Made by a program: the position numbers and the translations under genes. Under the pieces are notes generated by a model. The model was not told where the DNA came from. It ran no database searches and saw only the letters and a program-made list of their open reading frames with translations. From the NCBI GenBank assembly GCA_029932605.1, contig JAOZPT010000021.1:1-37475 (forward strand): a stretch of 37,475 nucleotides of DNA, read 5' to 3'. Position 1 is the first letter of the stretch; each line of letters begins with the position of its first letter. This document shows positions 1 through 9,570 of this stretch, piece after piece. The DNA comes from Candidatus Zixiibacteriota bacterium. GTDB taxonomy: Bacteria > Zixibacteria > MSB-5A5 > UBA10806 > 4484-95.

Positions 1-1
1 T

Positions 2-49
2 CAGGTGAGTATGGAGAAACTAAAAAAGTTAGTGCTGGAGCGCCTGTAA
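2..49 (+). CDS. 3' end of a gene entering from upstream of the window (...QVSMEKLKKLVLERL*), product unknown
   Basis: Open frame from position 2 to TAA at 47-49, followed by AT-rich intergenic DNA; too short to identify. Confidence 0.4.
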   Translation, partial: QVSMEKLKKLVLERL

Positions 50-137
50 AATATTCTTGTCGTTATGACATGAAATGTAAAACACAACCATCCGTTCTTC
101 CAGGTATCGATTATTTTTTTAGATGAACATATTAGCT

Positions 138-166
138 TTGACATAATGGCAATATTTAGTTAAATT
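138..166 (+). promoter_or_regulatory. Putative sigma70-type promoter
   Basis: TTGACA (138-143), 17-nt spacer, TAAATT (161-166), upstream of the ORF at 252 which has an AGGGAGG RBS. Confidence 0.5.
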
Positions 167-251
167 GTTTCCGGTTTTTTGACAGATGATTTCCAGGATG
201 TTGTGAAAATGTACAAACTCTAATCACTGGTTTATCCAGCAGGGAGGAAAA

Positions 252-779
252 ATGAAAAGGCCAATTCAGTTAATCGCAAAACTTGTACCGTTTGTTATTT
301 TATTCTGCTTTGTTTTAAGTTGCCAGCAACAAACTAAGGTGATGGTAACTGAAGAACAGGCAAAATTCATAGGTAACCAATATGTAAAAGCCAGAAACGA
401 GGCCAACTTAGATTTACTTGATGGAATTTATGCGGCGGATGCGGTTATACATGACCCCGGTCAGCCTGAAGATATCATGAGTCTTGATGCTTTGAAGACA
501 TATTATTTGGGTAATCACACTGCTTTTCCCGATTTAAAATTATCACTTGAAGAAATCGCCATCTCAGGCGACAGGATTGTCTGGGGCTGGACATTCACCG
601 GTACAAATACCGGTCCTCTTAGAGGGCTTCCTCCAACAGGTAATAAGGTGGAATTCTCAGGGGTTGCTATTGACCGTGTAGTTGATGGAAAAATAGTAGA
701 AGAGTGGGTTTATTACAACCTCTTAGATGTGTTTCAACAACTCGGTTTTACGGTAACCCCACCGCAAGGACGGAAATAA
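252..779 (+). CDS. SnoaL-like / ester cyclase (NTF2-fold) lipoprotein
   Basis: Lipoprotein-type signal (FVLSC); AFPDL...GTNTGP..GLPPTGNKVEFSG...DGKIVEEW...D..QQLG pattern typical of SnoaL-like ester cyclases. Confidence 0.85.
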   Translation: MKRPIQLIAKLVPFVILFCFVLSCQQQTKVMVTEEQAKFIGNQYVKARNEANLDLLDGIYAADAVIHDPGQPEDIMSLDALKTYYLGNHTAFPDLKLSLEEIAISGDRIVWGWTFTGTNTGPLRGLPPTGNKVEFSGVAIDRVVDGKIVEEWVYYNLLDVFQQLGFTVTPPQGRK

Positions 780-795
780 CGGTAGCTGTAGCGGG

Positions 796-822
796 ATAGG
801 TCGGGTTTCTTCGGAACCCGAC
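796..822. repeat. REP-like palindrome with cUUCGg loop
   Basis: ATAG-GTCGGGTTTC-TTCG-GAACCCGAC; intergenic, no U-tract on either side. Confidence 0.55.
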
Positions 823-898
823 ACACAATATAAAAGGATATAGTAAGTTTGATAAGTAAAGTGTCTCACAATATCTTTTAATATAACATCGGTTAAAA

Positions 899-1369
899 AT
901 GGGTAGAATGGTATCCCAAAAAGATGCGTTAAAGATCAGAAATTCATGTCGCCGCAAAAGGCAGATTGTAGTCTTCACAAACGGCTGTTTTGATATCATT
1001 CATCCCGGACATATCAAATATCTAGCAAAGGCAAAACAGCTTGGTGATATCCTGATAGTAGGGCTTAACAGCGATAAATCGGTAAGACAGCTTAAAGGCA
1101 AAGGCAGACCGGTGATGAGCCAGAAAGACAGAGCAACTATCTTGTCTCATCTGGATATGGTTGATTATGTCACGATTTTTGGAACATTAACTCCCCATAC
1201 GCTTATTAAAAAGCTCATGCCTGATGTACTTGTTAAGGGTGGTGATTACGAGGAAAGCGAGATAGTTGGTGCCAGGGAGGTAAAAGCATCAGGAGGTAAG
1301 GTAGTTATTATACCTTTCATAAAGGGTAGATCGACATCGAGGATTATTTCCGCTTTTAAAAAGCTGTAA
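899..1369 (+). CDS. rfaE2: D-glycero-beta-D-manno-heptose 1-phosphate adenylyltransferase (RfaE domain II / HldC)
   Basis: VFTNGCFDIIHPGH (HIGH-like), VGLNSDKSVRQLKGKGRP, PDVLVKGGDY, GRSTSRII. Confidence 0.93.
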   Translation: MGRMVSQKDALKIRNSCRRKRQIVVFTNGCFDIIHPGHIKYLAKAKQLGDILIVGLNSDKSVRQLKGKGRPVMSQKDRATILSHLDMVDYVTIFGTLTPHTLIKKLMPDVLVKGGDYEESEIVGAREVKASGGKVVIIPFIKGRSTSRIISAFKKL

Positions 1370-1370
1370 A

Positions 1371-2414
1371 ATGTCTTACCGATACTATAAAGGATATTTA
1401 TTGATTTGTTGCATATCGATTTTTCATTGTTATTCCTGCACAAAAAGCGCTATCACTGACGGCTCTGGCGATGGTATTCCCTCAGGCCTGATAGCTTTTA
1501 CAGCTTATGAGGATTCATTACTGTCCGATCTTGATGTTTATATTGTAGATGCTTTTGAGCCAAATCCTGTTCCTTTTAACGTCAGTAACATTCCCTCAAA
1601 CGATTACTATGCTAGCTGGCTTTATGATGAGAGCGCTGTTGTTTTTATTTCGTCGACATATGGAGGAGCGTCGTTGTCCATGGTTGCTCCTTTTGGATTA
1701 GACCTTATCCATCTATATTCAACAGGTGGACAGATAGAAAAAATTTCCTGTTCACCAACCGAGCGAAAAGTCGCATTTATAGAGGCTGATTACAGTCAGG
1801 CAAAATATAAAATAAATATTATAGATACCGACAACCTTGATACACTGTATCTTGTCTCAATCCATCTTGCGGGCGAGCCACTGATTGCCTGGTCGGTTGA
1901 TGGCCGTAAGCTGGCTATTGGGGCTGGAATAATCCATGTATATGATGCCTTATCTGGAGGTTTGCTTTATAGTATAAGTACCTCTGCTGATTACATTGCT
2001 TGGAATGAAGATGGCAACGGGTTATATGTTATAAATTCAGGTGACTTGAGCTATGCTGATTCGATTAATAATTATGATATCTTGACGGGGAAAAATTTAT
2101 CTTTTGGAACAATTTCGCCGGATAGAAAATATCTGGCGGCCATATCACTTTCAGAGGATAATTCGTTAATAGTTATTAACCTTCCTTATGGTGACTATAC
2201 GCTGATAAAAACTATACATATTCCTGTGGTTGTCTATCGCGATTATCGTGTGATTTCCTGGTCTGCGGACGGGCAGGAATTATCTTACATCGATTTGGAT
2301 GATGGTCAATGGAATATTTTTACAATCAGTCGTGATGGCTTTCTTGACGACCAGGTAACTGACGATTATACTTTAAAAAAATCTATCTGCCGATCTCCTG
2401 TTTTCATTCAATAG
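1371..2414 (+). CDS. TolB-like / PD40-type beta-propeller, probably an exported lipoprotein
   Basis: Hydrophobic N-terminus ending YSC; repeated blade motifs CSPTERKVAF, WSVDGRKLAI, ISPDRKYLA, WSADGQELSY. Confidence 0.7.
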   Translation: MSYRYYKGYLLICCISIFHCYSCTKSAITDGSGDGIPSGLIAFTAYEDSLLSDLDVYIVDAFEPNPVPFNVSNIPSNDYYASWLYDESAVVFISSTYGGASLSMVAPFGLDLIHLYSTGGQIEKISCSPTERKVAFIEADYSQAKYKINIIDTDNLDTLYLVSIHLAGEPLIAWSVDGRKLAIGAGIIHVYDALSGGLLYSISTSADYIAWNEDGNGLYVINSGDLSYADSINNYDILTGKNLSFGTISPDRKYLAAISLSEDNSLIVINLPYGDYTLIKTIHIPVVVYRDYRVISWSADGQELSYIDLDDGQWNIFTISRDGFLDDQVTDDYTLKKSICRSPVFIQ

Positions 2415-2547
2415 ATTTTGATTAAGGTTTTCTATCGGTTTAGATGTTAAATCCTTAGTCACAACAGAAAACTCTTCAAAAATCCTATTAATACGGGCGA
2501 ATAAAATGGTGATTATATTGCCTGTCAACAAGTTACACCTTTTAGCC

Positions 2548-2576
2548 TTGACATTGGTTATTCTGATTGTTATAAT
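2548..2576 (+). promoter_or_regulatory. Consensus sigma70 promoter with extended -10
   Basis: TTGACA (2548-2553), 17 nt, TATAAT (2571-2576), preceded by TG at 2568-2569. Confidence 0.85.
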
Positions 2577-2598
2577 TTCGCCTCGTATTTGAGAGATT

Positions 2599-3330
2599 AT
2601 GCCAAAAACTGATTTAGAAAAAAACAACTCTTCTGATATAATAGCTTTTGAGGCTATGGAATTGCTTGATACCGGGGATGTTCAGGCGGCAATAAAGAAG
2701 TGTTATGAGGCTATTTCCCGGTTTGGTCCTAACCGTAATTGCTATCTTGTCAAAGCCCGGGCTCATATTGAAATTAAGGAATACGGGTTTGCCGAGAAAG
2801 CTTTACAATCTGCATTGAGCCTTGACCCGGAACACCTGGCGGCATGGGCTATGCTTGGCCAAGTATACTATAAACTTGGTAATCAGCGAAAAGTCGATTA
2901 CTGTAGAAGTCGGCTTGAAAGCATATTCCCGACCCTTGTTGAAAACCTTGGACAGGTTACTTCAAATGAAGTTGAAGAGGGTGAAGAAAAGGAGATAGTT
3001 GAAATAAGTATTGAACAATCCACTGACACGATAGTACCATTCGAGGGTCTGGCTGAGAATGAAAATGTTCAGGTTAAAGATAATAAAAATGGTGGTGTTG
3101 GAGATGTTAACAAATCTTTACCGCAAGCTGAGGGTGGACCACCAACCAATAAGCGATTTGGTTTAAAAAAGGAGTTATTTGAAACGGCAACTTTCGCTGA
3201 CATATGTTTAAAGCAGGGGAAATTTGAAAAAGCAAGGCAAATATATGAAAAACTTTTAAAAGATGACCCAGAAAATGCTTTATACAGGGAAAAATTAAGT
3301 ACTATTGAATCAAAGATGGGATTGAAATGA
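2599..3330 (+). CDS. Tetratricopeptide repeat protein
   Basis: N-terminal TPRs (AEKALQSALSLDPEHLAAWAMLGQVYYKLG), acidic linker, C-terminal TPR (TFADICLKQGKFEKARQIYEKLLKDDPEN). Confidence 0.8.
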   Translation: MPKTDLEKNNSSDIIAFEAMELLDTGDVQAAIKKCYEAISRFGPNRNCYLVKARAHIEIKEYGFAEKALQSALSLDPEHLAAWAMLGQVYYKLGNQRKVDYCRSRLESIFPTLVENLGQVTSNEVEEGEEKEIVEISIEQSTDTIVPFEGLAENENVQVKDNKNGGVGDVNKSLPQAEGGPPTNKRFGLKKELFETATFADICLKQGKFEKARQIYEKLLKDDPENALYREKLSTIESKMGLK

Positions 3331-4397
3331 CATCAAAAAGGATCAAACTGGCATGTTTGTTAATTAAAAAGAAAAAACTTGATGTTCTTATTGTGAGCAG
3401 GCTTTCGAATGTTCGTTACTTATGTGGATATTCTGGGTCAAATGGAATGTTAGTGATAGCGCCGCCAAAGGCATATTTTTTAACTGATTTTCGGTATAAG
3501 GTGCAGGCTCGAAAGGAGGTTAAAAATTGTCAGGTAGTTATAGCTGAAAGGGAACTTATTGGGGAGTTTGTCAAGCTTCAGTGTTTTCGTAAAAAAGTGA
3601 AAGTGGGATTCGAGTCGGCTTTCATGACGGTTAAGATGTGTGACAAGATAAAAGAGCTTATTCCCAAAGCTAATATGGTCCCGGTTTCAAACATAATAGA
3701 GTCTTTATCGGTGGTAAAGGATGCTGGTGAAATTACCAAGATCAAAAGAGCGGTCAAGATTGCTGATATCGTATTCGGAGATATTTTAAAGCTTGTTAAG
3801 CCTGGCGTAAAAGAGCGTGACCTGGCTCTTGAAATGTCGTACCGGATGATTAAACTAGGTGCGGATGGTCCGGCTTTTGATTTTATTGTAGCCTCCGGTC
3901 AGCGTTCGAGTATGCCTCATGGCCGTGCCGCAGACCGGAAACTAAGAAAGGGTGATTTTGTTACGTTTGATTTTGGGTGCTTTTATAACGGTTATGCTTC
4001 TGACATCACCCGTACGATAGTTCTTGGGAAAGCTAATGCCAGGCAGAAAAAAATCTATAATATCGTCCTTAAAGCTCAACTTGAGGCTATATCAAGCGTT
4101 AGGCCTCAGATGCCTGCAAAAGAGCTTGACAAAGTTGCTAGAGATATTATAAACAAGGAAGGATACGGTGACAACTTTGGTCATGGCCTCGGTCATGGTC
4201 TTGGGCTTGAGGTGCATGACAATCCTGTTTTAAATCCTCGAAGTCAGGATATTCTGGTTGAGGGAAATGTAGTCACGATCGAGCCGGGTATATATATACC
4301 GGCATGGGGTGGGGTTCGTATTGAGGATGATGTTGTGGTTACTAAGAATGGTTGCAGGGTTTTAAGTAAATCGCCAAAGAATTTGATTGAACTTTAG
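3327..4397 (+). CDS. Xaa-Pro peptidase (M24B, creatinase-N plus peptidase domain)
   Basis: TDFRY, SMPHG, DFGCFYNGYASDITRT, FGHGLGHGLGLEVHD, TIEPGIY, GGVRIEDDV; ATGA overlap with the TPR gene. Confidence 0.95.
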   Translation: MTSKRIKLACLLIKKKKLDVLIVSRLSNVRYLCGYSGSNGMLVIAPPKAYFLTDFRYKVQARKEVKNCQVVIAERELIGEFVKLQCFRKKVKVGFESAFMTVKMCDKIKELIPKANMVPVSNIIESLSVVKDAGEITKIKRAVKIADIVFGDILKLVKPGVKERDLALEMSYRMIKLGADGPAFDFIVASGQRSSMPHGRAADRKLRKGDFVTFDFGCFYNGYASDITRTIVLGKANARQKKIYNIVLKAQLEAISSVRPQMPAKELDKVARDIINKEGYGDNFGHGLGHGLGLEVHDNPVLNPRSQDILVEGNVVTIEPGIYIPAWGGVRIEDDVVVTKNGCRVLSKSPKNLIEL

Positions 4398-4412
4398 CCT
4401 AAGGGGTTAATT

Positions 4413-4886
4413 ATGAAGACCTCAAAGATAAAGGCTCTTATAAAACTAGTTGAGGAGTCCAATATAGCAGAGCTTGAAATCTGGCACTGGGGAAAAAGAA
4501 TTCGAATAAGGAAAAAAATTACAGGTAATGGTAACGACAGCAACCTTAGTAATCAGCTTATTGAGGCGATTGATGATAAAAAGGTAAAAACGAATATTGA
4601 GGCTGATGAAACATCGTTGATTGAGCCAGTTGCCACCGATAAAAACCTTTTAGAAATTAAATCACCGATGGTTGGAACGTTTTATAGGGCACCTGCTCCT
4701 GATGCTGAACCATTCATAGATGTCGGGGAGAGGATTGTCCGAGGACAGACTGTATGTATTATAGAGGCTATGAAACTAATGAACGAGATCGAGTCAGAGT
4801 ATGACGGAAGAGTTGTAAAGATATTGGTTCAAAATGCTCAGCCGGTTCAGTTCGGTCAGCCTCTTTTCCTTATAGAGCCCACCTAA
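4413..4886 (+). CDS. accB: Acetyl-CoA carboxylase biotin carboxyl carrier protein
   Basis: IKSPMVGTFYRAP and biotinylation motif EAMKLMNEIE; AccB-type N-terminus. Confidence 0.95.
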   Translation: MKTSKIKALIKLVEESNIAELEIWHWGKRIRIRKKITGNGNDSNLSNQLIEAIDDKKVKTNIEADETSLIEPVATDKNLLEIKSPMVGTFYRAPAPDAEPFIDVGERIVRGQTVCIIEAMKLMNEIESEYDGRVVKILVQNAQPVQFGQPLFLIEPT

Positions 4887-4961
4887 AAAATAATATAAAA
4901 AATAAACACCCCATACTTTCTTTCCGATAAGGTTATTATGTAAATAACGGGAAGGGGTTTC

Positions 4962-6095
4962 ATGACTTTTAAAGAAATGATTCGGGTAATGCTGGCACGC
5001 AATGCTTCTGATTTGCATTTGCGGGTTGGTTTAAAACCAACATTACGTATCGATGGCAGGTTGTTCTTCGCTGATGACCAGATTTTAATGCCTCAGGATA
5101 TAGATAAAGTTGTTGCTCAGATTCTTACTGAGTCGCAACAACAGAGGTTTCACCAGAAACGGGAAATGGATTTGGCGTTGTCCATATCAAAAATGGGAAG
5201 ATTCCGTATCAATTTATATAAGCAGAGAGGAACGATTGGCATAGCTATAAGGAGGGTCAACACGGTTATACCCTCTTTTGAGGAGCTGAATCTACCGCAG
5301 ATAATTCAGGATATTGCGGATTCCAGGAAAGGGCTGGTAATAGTCACCGGTACTACCGGTTCTGGTAAATCAACAACTTTGGCGGCGATGATTGAGCATA
5401 TCAACTCAACCAGAGCGGAAAATATTTTAACGATAGAAGACCCAATCGAGTATATATACCGTGATAAAAAATCAATAATTTCTCAACGGGAGGTTGGTGG
5501 AGATACAGAGAGCTTTGCCACAGCCTTGCGCCATGCCTTTCGTCAGGATCCTGATATCATCCTTATAGGTGAAGTGCGTGACCTTGATACTATGGGAATT
5601 GCCCTTACAGCTGCCGATACTGGCCATCTGGTGTTGACGACCCTCCACACTATGAATGCGGTTGAAACAATTTCACGTATTATTTCATTTTTTCCACCCC
5701 ACCAACATCAACAGATAAGACTTCTACTCGCTGGAACCCTTAAGTCGATAATCTGCCAGAAACTTCTCCCTCGTACCGATAAAGCCGGACGGATTCCTGC
5801 TGTCGAGATATTGGTCAGCACTGCCTCGATAAGAGAGTATCTTATTGACCAGATGAAAACACCTCTTATACATGAGTTAATTGAGCAGGGAACTGTCCAG
5901 TATGGAATGCAAAGTTTCGACCAGTCAATAATGAAGCTTTATCGCTCCGGATTTATATCATACGAGGAAGCTTTGGCCCAATCTACCAATCCTGACGATT
6001 TCGATCTTCATGTTAAAGGTATCACCTCTGCCTCAGAACGCGGCTGGACAGAGATGTCATCTGAAAAGGAAAAAGATGACAAGTTTGGATTTTAA
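4962..6095 (+). CDS. pilT: Type IV pilus retraction ATPase, PilT/PilU family
   Basis: ASDLHL, Walker A GTTGSGKST, TIEDPIE, RQDPDIILIGEVRD, His box GHLVLTTLHT, GMQSFDQ; the AIRNLIRE helix is diverged (SIREYLID), so it may be a PilU-like paralog. Confidence 0.85.
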   Translation: MTFKEMIRVMLARNASDLHLRVGLKPTLRIDGRLFFADDQILMPQDIDKVVAQILTESQQQRFHQKREMDLALSISKMGRFRINLYKQRGTIGIAIRRVNTVIPSFEELNLPQIIQDIADSRKGLVIVTGTTGSGKSTTLAAMIEHINSTRAENILTIEDPIEYIYRDKKSIISQREVGGDTESFATALRHAFRQDPDIILIGEVRDLDTMGIALTAADTGHLVLTTLHTMNAVETISRIISFFPPHQHQQIRLLLAGTLKSIICQKLLPRTDKAGRIPAVEILVSTASIREYLIDQMKTPLIHELIEQGTVQYGMQSFDQSIMKLYRSGFISYEEALAQSTNPDDFDLHVKGITSASERGWTEMSSEKEKDDKFGF

Positions 6096-7177
6096 GAATT
6101 TTCCAATTATAGGTGTATTAGTTTTAAAAATCCATTTTACAATAAAAAAACAACCGATAAAACTACTTCTTATTTGTTGATTTATGCCCAATATAATCAT
6201 ATTTCTTTTTGAGTATTTCACCATTATGGGCATCGATATAAAACAGGCACTGCTCTCTAACCAATTTTTTGGGTTTATAATACTACAGTATCTACCTAAT
6301 GTATGCCACATAAAGTCGTATGTCCAACCTGTATAAACTTGAGCATCTACTGCCGGTCTTTGTACTTGGCCTGTCCAATTATTATCAATGTCAGATGCTA
6401 TTGTGAATGAATCACCACCAGCATGAAAATATGTTTTTATGCTTGATAAGAAATGCATATTGCCATCGTGGCCATGGGGGTCGTGGTAACCACATCGGGT
6501 TATATCCTTCATCCAGAAAGTTTCTTCATCATGGCAGTATGTTTCAATGCTGTCTTTGGTGTCACCCATAACACCTGTTCCATTTCCAATTTGATAGGTA
6601 CCTGTACAAGCAACAAATACTACGGAATAAAAATGTTCTATGATGTCGGTGTAATCATTAAGTCCTATTGTATCCCCTAAACGTATGTAATGGCTTTGTT
6701 GATTGTAGCCCGGGGCAAATATACCACTAATTGTATCACCTATTAGTGCTTGAATATCCCTAGTGTGCATTTTAAATTCTTCAATAACTAGGCTTGAATC
6801 CGAATTTAAATGCAACCAGGGATTAGGCCTTCAAATGGATCCGCCCAACCTAAAAGAGATTGGCTGGTGAAATTATAAGTGATAGAATCGTTTGTTTCGG
6901 GGGCAAGAAAACTTGCATCATCCCACTGACTTAAAGGATAATGAATGACGCCATCTGTATGTCTTTCGGTTATATAAACATTATCTGTTGCCAGGGGAAT
7001 ATGAAGGTCACCTATATATACATTATTTGAAGAGCGTTACATGATTATCGGTACAAAAACGTCACAATCTATTGTAAAATGCATATAAGGATAACCGTAA
7101 TAAACATGAATTGTCTGGCTTAATAATAATGTTGGAATCAATGATAAAACTATTAACAATAGAAGATAAATTTTTAT
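6057..7177 (-). pseudogene. Degraded secreted protein with a truncated thermolysin-like (M4) metallopeptidase domain
   Basis: Signal peptide starts at ATA 7177 (IKIYLLLLIVLSLIPTLLLSQ); in-frame TAA at 7039-7037; frameshift near 6828 (..WADPFEG / PNPWLHLNSD..). It then resembles the thermolysin N-domain (GNGTGVMGDTK..DITR..DIDNNW..PAVDAQVYTGWTYDF..LGR), but similarity ends near 6290, before any HExxH. Confidence 0.8.
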
Positions 7178-7208
7178 TTATTAGAAAAGTGCTCTCTCCC
7201 CTTTTGAG

Positions 7209-7237
7209 TTGACTTCAGATTGTTAATTTCATAATAT
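7209..7237 (+). promoter_or_regulatory. Putative sigma70-type promoter for the sucC cluster
   Basis: TTGACT (7209-7214), 17 nt, TAATAT (7232-7237). Confidence 0.45.
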
Positions 7238-7279
7238 TAAATGTTTTAAAAATAGCTATGATGATTTTAAGGAGGATTT

Positions 7280-8488
7280 TTGAGGCTTTACGAATACGAA
7301 GCAAAACAGCTCTATAAAGAGTTTAATCTGCCGGTGCCGGAGTCTATTTTAGCTTATAATATAGATGATGTTGCCAAAGCGGTACGTCAAATCGGAAATT
7401 CCGAGGAGGCTTGGCGACCAGTGGTTCTCAAGGCTCAGGTTTTAACCGGTGGCCGTGGTAAGGCTGGCGGTATAAAGGTTGTTGATGACCCCGCTAAAAT
7501 AAATGAGCAGGCAAAAGAGCTTTTTAACGTAATTATTAAAGGCTTTCCGGTTGAGAAGGTGTTGGTTGAAAAGGCAGTCAAAAAACAAAAGGAACTGTAT
7601 CTTGGAATTACCCTTAATCGTGTGGATTACAAGATAACAGTTATAGCCTCGGCTGAGGGGGGTGTTGATATTGAGGATGTGGCAAAAAGGTCATCTCAGA
7701 AGATATTCAAGCTGGAGTTTGACATCGATGAGGAGTTTTATGATTTTCAGGCGATGGGTTTGGCAAAGAAAATCGGTTTACCCTCAGGTAGGATTCGACA
7801 ATTTGCATCTATCGCCATGTCGCTTTTTAAATTTTACAAAACCTATGACTGCAAGTTGGCTGAGATCAACCCCTTAATCTATACGGACAAAGGTGAGTTT
7901 GTTTGCGCTGATGCCCGTGTAAGTCTTGATGATGACGCTCTTTTCCGCCATCCCGATTTAGCCAAGCGCGGGATTGAAAAACGCCATGAAGAGGGTGAAC
8001 TTACAGACCGTGAAAAACAAGCCCGTGAATGGGGGATACCATACCTCGACCTCGATGGCGACATCGGTATGTTCCCTGGTGGTGCCGGCTTTGGTATTAT
8101 GGGCAACGATTTTATTACTTATTTCGGCGGCAAACCGGCTAATTTTATGGATTCAGGTGGAGGGCCCTCGCCGGAGCGAATCGCTAAAATGCTAGTGCTT
8201 CTTGATGAAAACCCGCAGGTGAAGGTGATTTTCGGTGCCCGTTTTGGGGGGATATCCCGTTGTGATGATTTTGCTAAAGGAGTCGTAAAGTTCCTGAAAG
8301 AACACGGCCTTTCTAAACCTATGGTGATGCGTATGACTGGGAATATGTGGCGAGAGGGTGTAGAAATATTCGAGAAAGCTAAAAAAGAATCACCTGGACT
8401 ATTTGAAAAAATCCAATTCCATGGTATTGAGGTCCCAATAGAGGAAATAGCAAAACAAGCTGTTGAACTGGCAAAGGAATCCTCTTGA
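7280..8488 (+). CDS. sucC: Succinyl-CoA synthetase beta-family (ADP/GDP-forming acyl-CoA ligase beta) subunit, divergent
   Basis: LYEYEAK, KAQVLTGGRGKAGG, EINPL, DDDALFRHP, GGKPANFMD.GGG, FGGISRCD; TTG start with AAGGAGG RBS. Confidence 0.85.
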   Translation: MRLYEYEAKQLYKEFNLPVPESILAYNIDDVAKAVRQIGNSEEAWRPVVLKAQVLTGGRGKAGGIKVVDDPAKINEQAKELFNVIIKGFPVEKVLVEKAVKKQKELYLGITLNRVDYKITVIASAEGGVDIEDVAKRSSQKIFKLEFDIDEEFYDFQAMGLAKKIGLPSGRIRQFASIAMSLFKFYKTYDCKLAEINPLIYTDKGEFVCADARVSLDDDALFRHPDLAKRGIEKRHEEGELTDREKQAREWGIPYLDLDGDIGMFPGGAGFGIMGNDFITYFGGKPANFMDSGGGPSPERIAKMLVLLDENPQVKVIFGARFGGISRCDDFAKGVVKFLKEHGLSKPMVMRMTGNMWREGVEIFEKAKKESPGLFEKIQFHGIEVPIEEIAKQAVELAKESS

Positions 8489-8569
8489 TTATATTATTTG
8501 TTTTAATTTGCCCGTTTCTTTCTTGTATCGAATAAGTATCGTATGGTGATTATCTTTTAGATATGAATT

Positions 8570-9568
8570 ATGATGATGACCACGATTAGGAAAAAACCAA
8601 CGGTTGTTGTGTCGTTGACGTTAGATAGAAATGTTCATAAACTGGTTGAAGCCACTATCAAATCACGACCTGCTCTTCTTAAAAAATACAATATAAAAAT
8701 TTCTCACTGCCTGTCAGACTTAGTTCGATTGATACCGGAAGCTGAAGTATTTTTTGGATTTCATTTAAAAAAAGAGTTTTATAATAAGGCTATAAATCTT
8801 CGCTGGATTCATTTAGCATCGGCCGGTGTTGATAATACACTACCGCCAGAGGCCTTTAAGAGTAGAATAAGGATAACCTGCTCGAAAGGTTTTCATGTTT
8901 CCGCCATGGCTGAAACCGCCATAGGGATGATGCTTGCCTTGGCCAGGAATCTAAATATCGCTCGCGATTTCCAAATTAAAAAACGCTGGGATTTTCACGG
9001 TGTAGCTGATAATATATTTAACCTTGAAGGAAAAACCCTGGGAATTGTTGGAGCCGGACGAGTTGGCAGGGCAATTGCTACCAGGGCTCGTTGTTTTAAG
9101 ATGAAGATAATCGGTATAAGTAGGACTGGACGTAGAGTAAATGGGTTTGAGCAGGTTAAATCGACAAAATATTTACACTGGCTTTTAAAAGAGTCGGATA
9201 TATTGATTATATCGCTTCCTTTAACTGAACAGACCAATAATCTCATTAGCGTAAAGCAATTTGCTATTATGAAAGAGGGTTCTTACTTAATAAATATCGC
9301 TCGGGGAGCTATCGTTGACCAACAGGCTTTGGTTAATTCCTTAAAAAGCGGTCGCTTGGCTGGCGCTGGTCTGGATGTATTCGCGGTAGAGCCATTACCC
9401 GAGGATTCACCGCTATGGGGAATGACTAACGTGATAATCACACCCCATACCGCCGGAATGATGCCGGATTATTACGAAAAGATAACGACACTTTTTTTGG
9501 ATAACCTTGAAAAATATATCAAAGGAAGAAAACTTTACGGTCTTGTAGATAAAAAAAGAGGATATTGA
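8570..9568 (+). CDS. D-2-hydroxyacid dehydrogenase family protein
   Basis: WIHLASAGVD, Rossmann GAGRVG, INIARG (Arg), LDVFAVEPLP (Glu), TPHTAG (His). Confidence 0.92.
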   Translation: MMMTTIRKKPTVVVSLTLDRNVHKLVEATIKSRPALLKKYNIKISHCLSDLVRLIPEAEVFFGFHLKKEFYNKAINLRWIHLASAGVDNTLPPEAFKSRIRITCSKGFHVSAMAETAIGMMLALARNLNIARDFQIKKRWDFHGVADNIFNLEGKTLGIVGAGRVGRAIATRARCFKMKIIGISRTGRRVNGFEQVKSTKYLHWLLKESDILIISLPLTEQTNNLISVKQFAIMKEGSYLINIARGAIVDQQALVNSLKSGRLAGAGLDVFAVEPLPEDSPLWGMTNVIITPHTAGMMPDYYEKITTLFLDNLEKYIKGRKLYGLVDKKRGY

Positions 9569-9570
9569 AG

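Noticed and set aside
6057..6815. 252-aa minus-strand ORF as an intact gene
   Set aside because: It is the downstream fragment of a frameshifted pseudogene; the tail after about 6290 looks like non-homologous read-through.
7037..7039. Recoding of the internal stop
   Set aside because: The stop is TAA (not TGA/TAG) and co-occurs with a frameshift and truncation; other genes use the standard code.
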